A DNA stretch of 64,000 bases from a virus (IMGVR_UViG_3300031784_000002); one strand, 5' to 3'; counted from the first letter of the stretch, positions 37,915 through 47,723 are shown. The notes: generated from the letters alone by a model not told the origin. Numbers and translations: made by a program.

Positions 37915-40114
37915 CCACGAAGTCAAAGGTCATCTCGCCCGTCTCCTCGCAACTGAAGATCTGGTGGTGGAACACAAGAATGTTCCCACTGCATCCTTCA
38001 ATGTGGATACTCGTGTTCTGATTCTTCCAATGTGGGAGAAGGCTTCTAACGCAGTCTATGATATGCTTGTGGGCCATGAAGTAGGTCATGCACTCTATAC
38101 TCCTAATGAAGATTGGAGTGTGAAGTTCTCCATTCCTCAACAATTCGTGAATGTGACTGAAGACGCTCGGATTGAGAAACTGATGAAGCGTCGTTATGGT
38201 GGAATGAACAAGTGTTTCTATGCAGGTTATCGGGAGCTGCATGATGACGATTTCTTTCAAGTAAAAGACGAAGATCTTTCTACTTTTAATCTGGCTGATC
38301 GTGTCAATCTATATTTCAAGATTGGAAACTATCTTGAACTTCAGTTCAATCCAGAGGAACTGGAGATCGTTGAAATGATTGGTGATGCAGAAACTTTTGA
38401 TGAAGCGATTGAAGCCGCTGTAAAACTCTACGAATATTGTAAGAAAGAACAGAAACAAGAAACTAAGATTAGTTCTCTGGATAATGTTGAACATAATTTT
38501 GGAGGTGGGTCAGAACCTACTCCAGAATATCAGAATCAATCTGCAGAGGATGAACTGGAAACATCTGGAGATGGTGGTCAGGCGTCCTCTGAGGGTCAGT
38601 CAGAGGATAAGATGGATCAACCCACTATGGAACAAACCAATCAAGGTGGAGAGACCTCTGAACCCGAAGTCCGTACCGCTGATAGTCTTGAGGAAGCGAT
38701 TAGGGATCTTGTAAACACTTCTTCTTATGAGAATGTTTATGTTGAACTTCCTAAACTGAATCTGAATACTGTGATTGCACTTAACTCTGAAATCCATGCG
38801 GAGATCAATAACTGGTGGAATAAGTCTGTAGAAAAGTTTGGTGAGACTTGTTCAAATCCGCGAGACGTTCTCTTTAAAAGTGTTGATAAAGAGTACCTTG
38901 AGTTTAAGCGTTCGGCTCAGAAGGAAGTCAACTATCTGGTGAAGGAGTTTGAATGTAAGAAAGCCGCAGACTCTTATGCTCGTTCAACCACGGCTCGTAC
39001 TGGTGTTTTGGATTGTTCCAAACTTCACACCTACAAATATAATGAAGACTTGTTCCGCAAGGTAACGACTCTTGCAGATGGCAAGAATCACGGTCTGGTG
39101 TTCATTCTAGACTGGTCTGGATCTATGAGTAATGTGATGCAAGACACGATCAAACAACTTTATAACTTGATTTGGTTCTGTAAGAAAGTCACAATTCCCT
39201 TTGAGGTTTATGCATTTACCAATGAGTGGCGACGTAATTCTTATGATGAGGATGGAAATTTTATTAAAATGGAACCTCATTACCAGAAGAAACATGGTTT
39301 GATTCATGTTGATGAGTCTTTCTCTCTGATGAATCTTTTCACCAGTAAAGTAAACAATCGTGTTCTTGAAGAACAGATGATTAACATCTATCGGATTGCT
39401 AAGGAATTTAAGTATTCTTATAATAATGCACCGATGTATACTACTCCAGCTCGTTTGTGTCTTTCTGGTACTCCTTTGAATGAGTCTTTGATTGCTCTTC
39501 ATCAAATTCTTCCTAAGTTCCAAAAAGAAAATAAACTCCAGAAAGTTCAGTGCGTTGTTCTTACTGATGGTGAAGCTTGTTATCTTAAGTTTCACAAAGA
39601 GTTTACTGGTCGTTCCAAAAACAATCCAGAGGAAGTTTATATTGGACTGAACTCCCTCCAGAGCTATCCTTCTTTTATTCGTGATCGTAAGGTTGGTCGT
39701 ACTTATAAAGTTCGTGAAGAATATCATCAACTGACTGATACTCTTCTTGAGAATCTTCGAGATAGTTTTCCTTCCGTAAACTTTATTGGTATGCGAGTTC
39801 TTGAGAATCGTGAGGCCAATTCTTTTATTCGTAAGTATTACAATAACTACGATTACTCTTCTGGTTATTGTCAAGATAACAAAGAATATATTCAGGTTAT
39901 TAATGATTGGAAAAAGAATCGTTCTTTTTCGATCAAAAATTCTGGATACCATTCTTATTTTGGTCTTTCTGGTTCGGCTCTTTCTCAGGAAAGTGAGTTT
40001 GATGTTGCAGAGGATGCAAGTAAGAGTCAGATTAAATCTGCTTTTGTAAAATCATTGAAGAGTAAGAAAATGAACAAAAAAATTCTTGGGGAATTTATTG
40101 ATCTAGTTGCATGA
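37904..40114 (+). CDS. CobT-like protein: zincin HExxH peptidase-like N-domain plus VWA (MIDAS) domain
   Basis: HEVGH; acidic linker; LDWSGSMS and LTDGE MIDAS motifs; usual partner of the phage CobS-like ATPase. Confidence 0.85.
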   Translation: MPVNHEVKGHLARLLATEDLVVEHKNVPTASFNVDTRVLILPMWEKASNAVYDMLVGHEVGHALYTPNEDWSVKFSIPQQFVNVTEDARIEKLMKRRYGGMNKCFYAGYRELHDDDFFQVKDEDLSTFNLADRVNLYFKIGNYLELQFNPEELEIVEMIGDAETFDEAIEAAVKLYEYCKKEQKQETKISSLDNVEHNFGGGSEPTPEYQNQSAEDELETSGDGGQASSEGQSEDKMDQPTMEQTNQGGETSEPEVRTADSLEEAIRDLVNTSSYENVYVELPKLNLNTVIALNSEIHAEINNWWNKSVEKFGETCSNPRDVLFKSVDKEYLEFKRSAQKEVNYLVKEFECKKAADSYARSTTARTGVLDCSKLHTYKYNEDLFRKVTTLADGKNHGLVFILDWSGSMSNVMQDTIKQLYNLIWFCKKVTIPFEVYAFTNEWRRNSYDEDGNFIKMEPHYQKKHGLIHVDESFSLMNLFTSKVNNRVLEEQMINIYRIAKEFKYSYNNAPMYTTPARLCLSGTPLNESLIALHQILPKFQKENKLQKVQCVVLTDGEACYLKFHKEFTGRSKNNPEEVYIGLNSLQSYPSFIRDRKVGRTYKVREEYHQLTDTLLENLRDSFPSVNFIGMRVLENREANSFIRKYYNNYDYSSGYCQDNKEYIQVINDWKKNRSFSIKNSGYHSYFGLSGSALSQESEFDVAEDASKSQIKSAFVKSLKSKKMNKKILGEFIDLVA

Positions 40115-40134
40115 GGGGTATACCCCTCTTTTTT
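40113..40134 (+). terminator. Terminator after the cobT-like gene
   Basis: GAGGGG-TATA-CCCCTC-T6, followed directly by late promoter CTAAATA (40136). Confidence 0.85.
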
Positions 40135-40163
40135 ACTAAATACTTAAAAAAGTATTTGTAAAG

Positions 40164-41699
40164 ATGAACTCTAACGATTTTCAAAACCTAACTGAAGCTT
40201 ATAATCAAGTACATCAACTTGATGAAGTGTTAGACACTCCTGAAAAAGCGAATGAATATGCCAAAAAGAATGTAAAATCTATGGTTGGTGCTTTTGTTAA
40301 AGGTGCTGTTAACAAAGATATTAGTCAACTGAAAACCATAGAAAAAAGAAAAAGAGGAGCGGAACTGGGAAAAAGAAAGGCAGAAAGAAAGTCAGCAGAG
40401 GAAAAGAATGAAGAGTTTGAAACTTGGGTAAATGAACTTATGGAAGAGGGTTATGATCTCTCCGACTATACTTGGGAAGAGATGCATGAGTTCTATCTAG
40501 ATGAAGCAGAAGGTTCATACGGTGAAACTCCAAAGGCATACAGTGCAGCATCAAAGACCAAGATGACTGCAAAGAGAAAGCCTTTCCTCAAGAAAATGCT
40601 CAGAAGAACTAATCCTGCAGAAAGAAAGTCTGAGACTTCTCCAAGAAAAGGAATGACTGCTTCTGATAGGGAAGAAGCAAGAGCAGGTGATGCACATGGT
40701 TCACCTAGGGGTCATGATTACCCTTCACAGGGCCCTGGTGGAGTAACTAAGAATCCTAAGAAACTCCGTAAGCAAAAAGCAATGGGAGAGTTTGCTAAAG
40801 AAGAACTTGATGTCTTTGATGTAGTCCTTGAGTTCCTCCAAGTAGAAGGATACGCAGAAACTCTGGAAGAGGCAGAGTGGATGATGGCAAATGAACTAGA
40901 TGAGGAAACCATTGATGCAATCCTTGAAGCAGAAGGTTCTTACGGTAAGACACCCAAGGCAAGAGCAGCAATGGGTAAACTTGCTATTGCAAGACGTGAG
41001 AAACCTGCAAGTGAGTATTCGCAGAAAGGTGAGAAAACTAAAAAAGTAAAATCAATCGAAAAGCATACTCAGAGAATTGATAACGGTCCTGATGTAGGAA
41101 ATCGTGGTAAGAAATCTACTAAACCAAGATGGTCTGGGATGTTAGGCAAATCTGGTAGGGGTAAACTTGACCAAGATAGTAGAGATTATGCAAGAGATAG
41201 TGCTGTTGAGTATACTTCTGGCGGACACAAACCTGGTTCTGGTACTGTAACCAAGAACCCCAAGAAACTCCGTAAGCAAAAGGCTATGGGTGAGATTGGC
41301 GAAAGTTTTGACACATATGAATTTGTTTTGTGTCATCTTCTAGATGAGGGATATGCTTCAACCGAAGAAGCCGCAGATAAAATCATTCTCAACATGAGTG
41401 AAGCTTGGTTTGAAGATATTATGGAATTGAATCGTGTTGAAAAGGAAACTGGTATCAACACTAAAACTGGTAGACCAACTGCCAAAGGTGGCGCTAAGGA
41501 TGATAAAGCATATACTAGCGTAAAAAGAATGATGCGTAAAATGGAGGGAACTCCTGCGGGCCAAAGAAAAAAAGAACCAGGTAAAAAGCCACCTAAAGCT
41601 GGTGAATATGGCGGTCCAAGATCACCCGAACAAAAAGTTGCAAAACTCCGTGCAGACAAAAAACGCAGTGCAGATATGATGAGTTCTCGATTTGACTGA
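40164..41699 (+). CDS. Repeat protein with alternating acidic helical linkers and basic segments; putative processed internal head protein
   Basis: Three EGY-containing acidic repeats; duplicated AEGSYG.TPKA and TKNPKKLRKQKAMGE; late promoter upstream. Confidence 0.65.
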   Translation: MNSNDFQNLTEAYNQVHQLDEVLDTPEKANEYAKKNVKSMVGAFVKGAVNKDISQLKTIEKRKRGAELGKRKAERKSAEEKNEEFETWVNELMEEGYDLSDYTWEEMHEFYLDEAEGSYGETPKAYSAASKTKMTAKRKPFLKKMLRRTNPAERKSETSPRKGMTASDREEARAGDAHGSPRGHDYPSQGPGGVTKNPKKLRKQKAMGEFAKEELDVFDVVLEFLQVEGYAETLEEAEWMMANELDEETIDAILEAEGSYGKTPKARAAMGKLAIARREKPASEYSQKGEKTKKVKSIEKHTQRIDNGPDVGNRGKKSTKPRWSGMLGKSGRGKLDQDSRDYARDSAVEYTSGGHKPGSGTVTKNPKKLRKQKAMGEIGESFDTYEFVLCHLLDEGYASTEEAADKIILNMSEAWFEDIMELNRVEKETGINTKTGRPTAKGGAKDDKAYTSVKRMMRKMEGTPAGQRKKEPGKKPPKAGEYGGPRSPEQKVAKLRADKKRSADMMSSRFD

Positions 41700-41737
41700 G
41701 AATAAATAATTTATATTATTGATTGATTTATTGGGTT

Positions 41738-42700
41738 ATGAAACTTTTTGAAAAAAATAGAGTAAGATTTACTTTTGAACTAGAAAATAACCAATTTTTA
41801 CAATTAGAGTATCAGTTACAATTGAATAGTTTGAGAGAAAAATGGGTAAATGAGGTTAAGGATTCTCTGAAAAAACCAGATGCATATCTTAACCTCAAAA
41901 TATCAAATAAAAATTATCTTCATCTAGGTGAACTAAAAGAAAAATTAAATTCTATAGTTAAGCAAATTAATGATGCTTATGGAGATGAAATTTTAGTTTC
42001 TTTCAAAGGAACAAAAAATATATGCAGAAATACATTGAATTATTTACATGAAAAATTTGAGGAGTATGGAGAATACGGAGCTGGAGATGGTGAAGGCCCG
42101 TGGTATCGTGGCCAAAAAGTTCATGATCTTTGGTTAGATTTAAATGAATGGATTCATGTGACTGAAACCGCAATGGATTCAACTCCAAGAGATTATCCAA
42201 ATTATAGTGCCTTAGTTACGGTTTATCCTCCATATCCTGGTAAAGATTTAGAAGAAACAGATAAATTATTTTTAACCGCAGAATATGCATGGGGTCATCT
42301 TTATCTTGGATATAATACCTTAGGTAAAGATTATTTGCATGTTTGGTTGGACAATGATGTTCGAGTAATTACTAATAACCAAATAAAAGTTCAGAATAAG
42401 TATAGTTCAGAAGTCTGGCTCTGTTTTCAAGAAGCTTCGTTTTTTTTAAACGAAGCTGAATCGCAGTATTACAAATGGTATAAAACCCTAAGTAAAGAAG
42501 TTCGGGATTTGATTCCTACAGATGATCTGAGTAAATTCGCTTTTGGTAGATATTATCTTGGATGCATCATAATTAATCGAGATCTTTCAAAGTTTCATCC
42601 AATTGAATATGATTGGTATACTGACAAAGATTTACAAAAGAGGTGGAATAATGAAGTTTTTTCAAAGGTTAAGGGGATAAAAAAAGTTGAGTTTTTATGA
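41738..42700 (+). CDS. Hypothetical protein (LYLGYNTLGKD motif)
   Basis: Long ORF after late promoter AATAAATA (41701); ATGA overlap with the next gene. Confidence 0.7.
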   Translation: MKLFEKNRVRFTFELENNQFLQLEYQLQLNSLREKWVNEVKDSLKKPDAYLNLKISNKNYLHLGELKEKLNSIVKQINDAYGDEILVSFKGTKNICRNTLNYLHEKFEEYGEYGAGDGEGPWYRGQKVHDLWLDLNEWIHVTETAMDSTPRDYPNYSALVTVYPPYPGKDLEETDKLFLTAEYAWGHLYLGYNTLGKDYLHVWLDNDVRVITNNQIKVQNKYSSEVWLCFQEASFFLNEAESQYYKWYKTLSKEVRDLIPTDDLSKFAFGRYYLGCIIINRDLSKFHPIEYDWYTDKDLQKRWNNEVFSKVKGIKKVEFL

Positions 42701-44706
42701 ATAAAGTAATTGATGAATTTGTGAAATTTTCATTGAGAAATCAATGGTATCCCACAAGTGTACCAAAATATTTTGATGTGTTTGAGTCCGATTGGCCTTT
42801 TCTGCAAATAGACTTTAAAGATGACTTTGAAAAGATGCACCAAGAGTGTATTAAAAATGATCATCTATTTGTTGGACATAGACAAAAAGATAAACACCTG
42901 AGTTATTCCCATGATGGTTGGTCGGCTTTAACTTTGCATGGCATAAGACCTGATGCTACCGAAAATTATGATCAGTATGGATTGTCTGAACCAAATTACA
43001 AATGGACAGATGCATGTAAATATTTTCCAACTTGTGTTGAGTTCTTAAAAAAATTGGGATATAAAGATTATGATAGAGTCAGAATCATGAGACTGGCTCC
43101 TGGTGGATATATTATGCCTCATTCTGATGGAGAAGGTAGAATCTTTGGTCCTTTAAATATAGCAATTAATAATCCAGAAGGGTGTAATTTTTACTTTAAA
43201 AATTGGGGAAGAGTTCCTTTTAAACAAGGAACCGGATTTTTTCTTGATATAGGTAATATTCATGCGGTTCATAACAATAGTAATGAGCCTAGATATCATT
43301 TTATAGTTCATGGGCACATTAATGATAGATTGATTCAAACTGCATTTAAACAAATTGACATGAGAGAAGAAAAAATTTGTTACGGAGTTTATAATCAAAG
43401 GCAGTCAATTAATAGTTTTTCAATGTATTTGAGAGCTAAAGGTGCGACTTTGTTTTACCTCAACCGACCTAGAAATAATGCAGAGATAATTTGTGCAGAT
43501 GAAGTACATGAAATATTGAAAGAGGCTTTGATTAAGGGGTATCGATATTGTGTAATACAATCTGCTGGATGTACTCTAAGAAGTTTTGATTACGATAGAG
43601 AAATTAGAGATTTTATAAAAGAAAATAATTTTGGAGTCGCTGGTCATATACTAGCTTGGCCTGGAAAATGGTTGGAGTTACATCCGCAGTTTTTTATAGT
43701 TAATGTTTCTGCATGGAAAGATGTTGGATGTCCAGAATTTGGGGAGTGGTGTTCTGGTAAACAATTACTACCTGTAGTAGAAAGAAGTGTTGAAAATTTT
43801 CACGATGACTACACACCTTTGTGGGTTAAGTATTCAAAAAAACAAACCATTCAATCTGAAGCAGGAAGAGGTTGGAAACTTTTAAAGGCTATGTTTTTGA
43901 ATAATTGGCCTGTAATAACATTGAGTGAAAAATTGCGATTCAATAAATTTTATTATTATCCTGAACATGAAACAGAAAAATTCGAAAACAGTATAAAAAC
44001 TTTGACTCCGTATGAGGGACAAAATTGGAATCAATCTAAAATCATATCTGATGTAAAATTAATAAAAGATCAAATTTGGTTATTTAATAGTGAATCAATG
44101 TGTATAACTAATGGGGGTAATTTTGATCTCGTTGTTAATACTGCAAGTGGATTTAAATTATTCGATATTTTTAAAAATAAAAAACTCAATAATAATGGAA
44201 AAGTTATAGTCTATGATTTTAATTCAAAAAGTTTAAGATGGTACAAACATTTTCACGGTTGGAAAAATGATGATCTAATTGATTGTATTAGAAGTTTTTC
44301 GGAAAAAGATCATTTTACTTGGATAGGTAAAACGGATTGTAATTATGTTGAGGATGAATCTTTTTCAAATTTATATAAAGAACTAATTGACCACTTTGGT
44401 GGAGTTAATAATTTTGTTAAATATTGGAAAATTTTTAAAAAAACTCAAGTCAAATTTGCGATGGTTGATTTATATAAAGATTCTGAAAAGTTCTCAAATA
44501 TTTTTGTGGGGAAAGGAAAGAAGTTTGTCAATTTGTCAAACATTTTTTCTACAGATGCCACAACATTTTTATATGGACATGTTGAAGTTCAGACTTCACA
44601 GCAAAGGTGTTTAGCTTCTTTGTATGTTGTTGATCCTGAAATACAAATTTCTATTTTTGATTTTTGGGGACGAAATTTGGTTGGTAAAGTAAAAGACATA
44701 TTGTAG
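42697..44706 (+). CDS. Multi-domain enzyme: Asp/Asn beta-hydroxylase-like 2OG-Fe(II) dioxygenase plus two uncharacterised alpha/beta domains
   Basis: RVRIMRLAPGGYIMPHSD...HAVHN...PRYH (HxD...H...R) in the N-terminal ~210 aa. Confidence 0.75.
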   Translation: MNKVIDEFVKFSLRNQWYPTSVPKYFDVFESDWPFLQIDFKDDFEKMHQECIKNDHLFVGHRQKDKHLSYSHDGWSALTLHGIRPDATENYDQYGLSEPNYKWTDACKYFPTCVEFLKKLGYKDYDRVRIMRLAPGGYIMPHSDGEGRIFGPLNIAINNPEGCNFYFKNWGRVPFKQGTGFFLDIGNIHAVHNNSNEPRYHFIVHGHINDRLIQTAFKQIDMREEKICYGVYNQRQSINSFSMYLRAKGATLFYLNRPRNNAEIICADEVHEILKEALIKGYRYCVIQSAGCTLRSFDYDREIRDFIKENNFGVAGHILAWPGKWLELHPQFFIVNVSAWKDVGCPEFGEWCSGKQLLPVVERSVENFHDDYTPLWVKYSKKQTIQSEAGRGWKLLKAMFLNNWPVITLSEKLRFNKFYYYPEHETEKFENSIKTLTPYEGQNWNQSKIISDVKLIKDQIWLFNSESMCITNGGNFDLVVNTASGFKLFDIFKNKKLNNNGKVIVYDFNSKSLRWYKHFHGWKNDDLIDCIRSFSEKDHFTWIGKTDCNYVEDESFSNLYKELIDHFGGVNNFVKYWKIFKKTQVKFAMVDLYKDSEKFSNIFVGKGKKFVNLSNIFSTDATTFLYGHVEVQTSQQRCLASLYVVDPEIQISIFDFWGRNLVGKVKDIL

Positions 44707-44708
44707 GG

Positions 44709-44763
44709 CCAGTTTGGGAACTGTCACACCCATCTGACCATCCCCCCTTCAATGGGGTATTAT
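44709..44763 (+). promoter_or_regulatory. Putative early-promoter element (copy 2), upstream of the cobS-like gene
   Basis: CCAGTT-TGGG-AACTGTCAC-N30-TATTAT. Confidence 0.7.
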
Positions 44764-44790
44764 AGCTTCAGTTGAGAAACACACCACACA

Positions 44791-45924
44791 ATGCCCCGCA
44801 CCAAAATGACTGACGATCAAGTTTTTGAAGGTCTTAAATCCACTTATGGAGTTGAAATTACTTCTGGAGATGTCAAGGCTTATTGTGCGATGAATAATCT
44901 TTCTTATCCTACGGTTACTCGTCGTCTGGAAAACTTCAAAACTGCTCGTGGTCGTTGGAATCTTGAAGTGACTCAAGAACGTGTTCAGGAGATTGAACGC
45001 AATTTTAATAATGTCTCGGTTCTTCCTGAAGTGCATCAAAACCTTATTCCCGATAAAGATGATACCTTCGTCCAGTTTGGTAACTTTAAAGATATTAAGC
45101 GTATTATTCAGTCCCGTCTTTTTTACCCTACGTTTATTACGGGTCTTTCGGGTAATGGTAAAACGTTCGGTGTTGAACAAGTTTGCGCTCAACTTAAGCG
45201 TGAACTGATTCGGGTCAATATCACTATTGAAACTGACGAGGATGACCTGATTGGTGGTTTCCGTCTTGTCAATGGTGAAACTGCTTGGCACAATGGTCCC
45301 GTCGTCGAAGCTCTGGAACGCGGTGCGATTCTTTTGCTTGATGAAATTGACTTGGCTTCTAATAAGATTCTGTGTCTCCAATCTATTCTGGAAGGTAAAG
45401 GTGTCTTCCTTAAGAAGATTGGTCGCTTTGTGAAACCTGCCGCTGGTTTCAATGTGGTTGCCACTGCGAACACCAAAGGTAAGGGTTCTGATGATGGTCG
45501 CTTCATCGGCACTAACGTTCTCAATGAGGCATTCTTGGAACGTTTCCCTGTGACCTTTGAACAGGAATATCCTTCCGTAACTAATGAAGTCAAGATTCTT
45601 GAGAAAGTTGCTCAAACTTTGAATGTCAACGATCTTGAATTTTGCAAACGTCTTGCTGACTGGGCAGACATTATCCGCAAGACCTTCTACGATGGTGGTA
45701 TTGAGGAAATTATTTCTACCCGGCGTCTGGTCCATATCATCCGTGCCTATAGCATCTTCCAAGACAAGGCAAAGGCAATCCAAGTTTGTGTAAATCGTTT
45801 CGACGACGAAACCAAACAGTCCTTCCTGGAACTGTACGATAAGGTGGATGCTGACTTCCAGATGCCTAATATGTCACAGGAGAATGGTGTTCCCACTCCC
45901 GTTGACTTGAACGCTCCGTTCTGA
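44791..45924 (+). CDS. cobS: CobS/MoxR-like AAA+ ATPase
   Basis: GLSGNGKT Walker A, LLLDEID Walker B, NEAFLERF, ISTRRL. Confidence 0.93.
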   Translation: MPRTKMTDDQVFEGLKSTYGVEITSGDVKAYCAMNNLSYPTVTRRLENFKTARGRWNLEVTQERVQEIERNFNNVSVLPEVHQNLIPDKDDTFVQFGNFKDIKRIIQSRLFYPTFITGLSGNGKTFGVEQVCAQLKRELIRVNITIETDEDDLIGGFRLVNGETAWHNGPVVEALERGAILLLDEIDLASNKILCLQSILEGKGVFLKKIGRFVKPAAGFNVVATANTKGKGSDDGRFIGTNVLNEAFLERFPVTFEQEYPSVTNEVKILEKVAQTLNVNDLEFCKRLADWADIIRKTFYDGGIEEIISTRRLVHIIRAYSIFQDKAKAIQVCVNRFDDETKQSFLELYDKVDADFQMPNMSQENGVPTPVDLNAPF

Positions 45925-45930
45925 TAGAAT
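45902..45930 (+). promoter_or_regulatory. sigma70-type (middle) promoter for the clamp/clamp-loader operon
   Basis: TTGACT-17 nt-TAGAAT. Confidence 0.75.
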
Positions 45931-45934
45931 ATGG

Positions 45935-45958
45935 GGAGGTAAAAAGTGCCTCCTTTTT
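45935..45958 (+). terminator. Terminator after cobS
   Basis: GGAGGT-N7-GCCTCC-T5. Confidence 0.7.
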
Positions 45959-45979
45959 GTTCCTTTACTATGAATTCAA

Positions 45980-46501
45980 ATGTCTGAAAACTTTGAAAGC
46001 TTTTATGAAAGTTCTATACCAAACCAAGATTTTTGGGTAGAGGATGGAATCAGTTTGACTGGTAATCCAAATTCTTCTTCTGATGCAATTCTTATTGGTT
46101 CCGGTAATATTAATCAATTCACTCTTACTGCCAATGGTGGCGGAACACTCAATCTTGAAAAAACGCCTGTTAGTATGACCGAATCAAAAAACTACCTCTG
46201 GAAATACAATGAAGATAAAATCCTTAAAGATGTTGAGGATTATGTGACTAGTACTTATGGTAGCCACTATTGTGGACACAACCACGCCTACAAAGATATT
46301 CAGACTATTGATTTGATGGCTGCAAAGGATCTTGCTCCTGGATTTTGTCAGGCGAATATCCTAAAATATGGAAGTCGTTATGGTGATAAAGATGGTCGTA
46401 ACAAACGCGATCTTCTTAAAGTAATTCACTACGCAATGCTTCTACTCCACTTTGACGGTCATTATTCTCGCAAAGATAATGGCCTTACAGAATTCCGTTG
46501 A
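45980..46501 (+). CDS. DUF3310-like protein (T7 gp1.7-type nucleotide kinase family)
   Basis: HY...IQTID....GFCQANILKYGSRYGDKDG....DLLKVIHY. Confidence 0.7.
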   Translation: MSENFESFYESSIPNQDFWVEDGISLTGNPNSSSDAILIGSGNINQFTLTANGGGTLNLEKTPVSMTESKNYLWKYNEDKILKDVEDYVTSTYGSHYCGHNHAYKDIQTIDLMAAKDLAPGFCQANILKYGSRYGDKDGRNKRDLLKVIHYAMLLLHFDGHYSRKDNGLTEFR

Positions 46502-46503
46502 TC

Positions 46504-47193
46504 ATGAAACTCAAAAATACATCTATGAAACTCTCTGAAAAAACCCTCTCTCTTCTCAAGAACTTCTCTGGTATCAACCAGTCTATTCTCTTCAAGAAGG
46601 GAACCAAACTCCGCACCATTTCTGTGATGAAGAATATTCTCGCAGAAGTTGAAGTAGAGGAAGAGTTTGAAAAAGACTTTGGTATTTACGATCTAAACCA
46701 GTTCCTAAATGCAATGTCTCTCTATCAAAATCCCCAACTGAAGTTTGCTAACGACAGTTATGTGACTATCAATGAGGGTAATGCACGATCCAAGTATTTC
46801 TTTGCAGATCCTGCTGTGATTGTGACTCCTCCCGAAAAGTCCATTACACTCCCGTCTGAGGATGTTTGTTTTGAGGTAAATACTCAACAACTAGATAAAC
46901 TCCTCAAGGCTGCAGCAGTCTATGGTGTCCCTGACCTTTCTGTGGTTGGTGAGGCTGGTGTTGTTAAGCTTGTTGTTCGTGACAAAAAGAATGATACTTC
47001 TAATGAGTATTCTCTTGTTGTTGGTGAGACTACTGGAACTTTTGTTCTTAACTTCAAAGTTGAGAATATTAAAATTCTCCCTGGTTCTTATGAGGTTGTG
47101 ATCTCCAAGAAACTTCTTTCTCGTTTCCAGTCAGAAGATAAGAATCTTACATATTACATTGCTTTGGAACCAGACTCAACCTATGATGAGTGA
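46504..47193 (+). CDS. g45: DNA polymerase sliding clamp gp45
   Basis: MKLSEKTLSLLKNFSGINQSI, FGIYDLNQFL, YYIALE. Confidence 0.96.
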   Translation: MKLKNTSMKLSEKTLSLLKNFSGINQSILFKKGTKLRTISVMKNILAEVEVEEEFEKDFGIYDLNQFLNAMSLYQNPQLKFANDSYVTINEGNARSKYFFADPAVIVTPPEKSITLPSEDVCFEVNTQQLDKLLKAAAVYGVPDLSVVGEAGVVKLVVRDKKNDTSNEYSLVVGETTGTFVLNFKVENIKILPGSYEVVISKKLLSRFQSEDKNLTYYIALEPDSTYDE

Positions 47194-47210
47194 GGTAACT
47201 CACCTATATT

Positions 47211-47723
47211 ATGAACATCTTTGTGACTTCTCCCTGGCCCGCTGAAAGTGCCGTATGTCTCCCCGATAAACATATTGTCAAGATGCCTTTGGAGTGCTGT
47301 CAAATGCTCTCCATTGTTGCTTCTGAAAAGTGGGGTCATAACTACGGCACTCTGCCTAAGACTGACGGCACTCCCTACAGAACTGAAAAGGGTGCGTTTC
47401 GTAATCATCCCTGTACCAGGTGGGCAATGGATAGTATCCACAATGCCTATTGGTTGATTAAGTGGGGAATGAACTTGTGTGATGAGTACCAACTACGCTA
47501 TAATAAAACTCACTCCTGTTACAAGACTCTTGTAGATGCTTACTATCTTTTCCCTAAAGGAAAGATCACAGAAGTGACTCCATTCGCTCGAGCGATGCCA
47601 GAAGAATGGAAATTTGATGATAGTATTGATACCTTTACTGCTTATAAAAGGTACATTGCTTCAAAACCTTGGGTATCGGACAACTACCTCCGTATGCCTG
47701 AACGTAAACCCGATTGGATTTGA
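47211..47723 (+). CDS. Pyrimidine-dimer DNA glycosylase (DenV)-like protein
   Basis: MNIF...DKHIVKMPLE..QMLS, NHPC..WA, Y..RY.K.H. Confidence 0.7.
   Translation: MNIFVTSPWPAESAVCLPDKHIVKMPLECCQMLSIVASEKWGHNYGTLPKTDGTPYRTEKGAFRNHPCTRWAMDSIHNAYWLIKWGMNLCDEYQLRYNKTHSCYKTLVDAYYLFPKGKITEVTPFARAMPEEWKFDDSIDTFTAYKRYIASKPWVSDNYLRMPERKPDWI

Noticed and set aside
44791-45924. Cobalamin biosynthesis as an auxiliary metabolic pathway
   Set aside because: The name reflects AAA+ family similarity only; no cobN or other cob genes are present, and the partner carries a peptidase-like motif.
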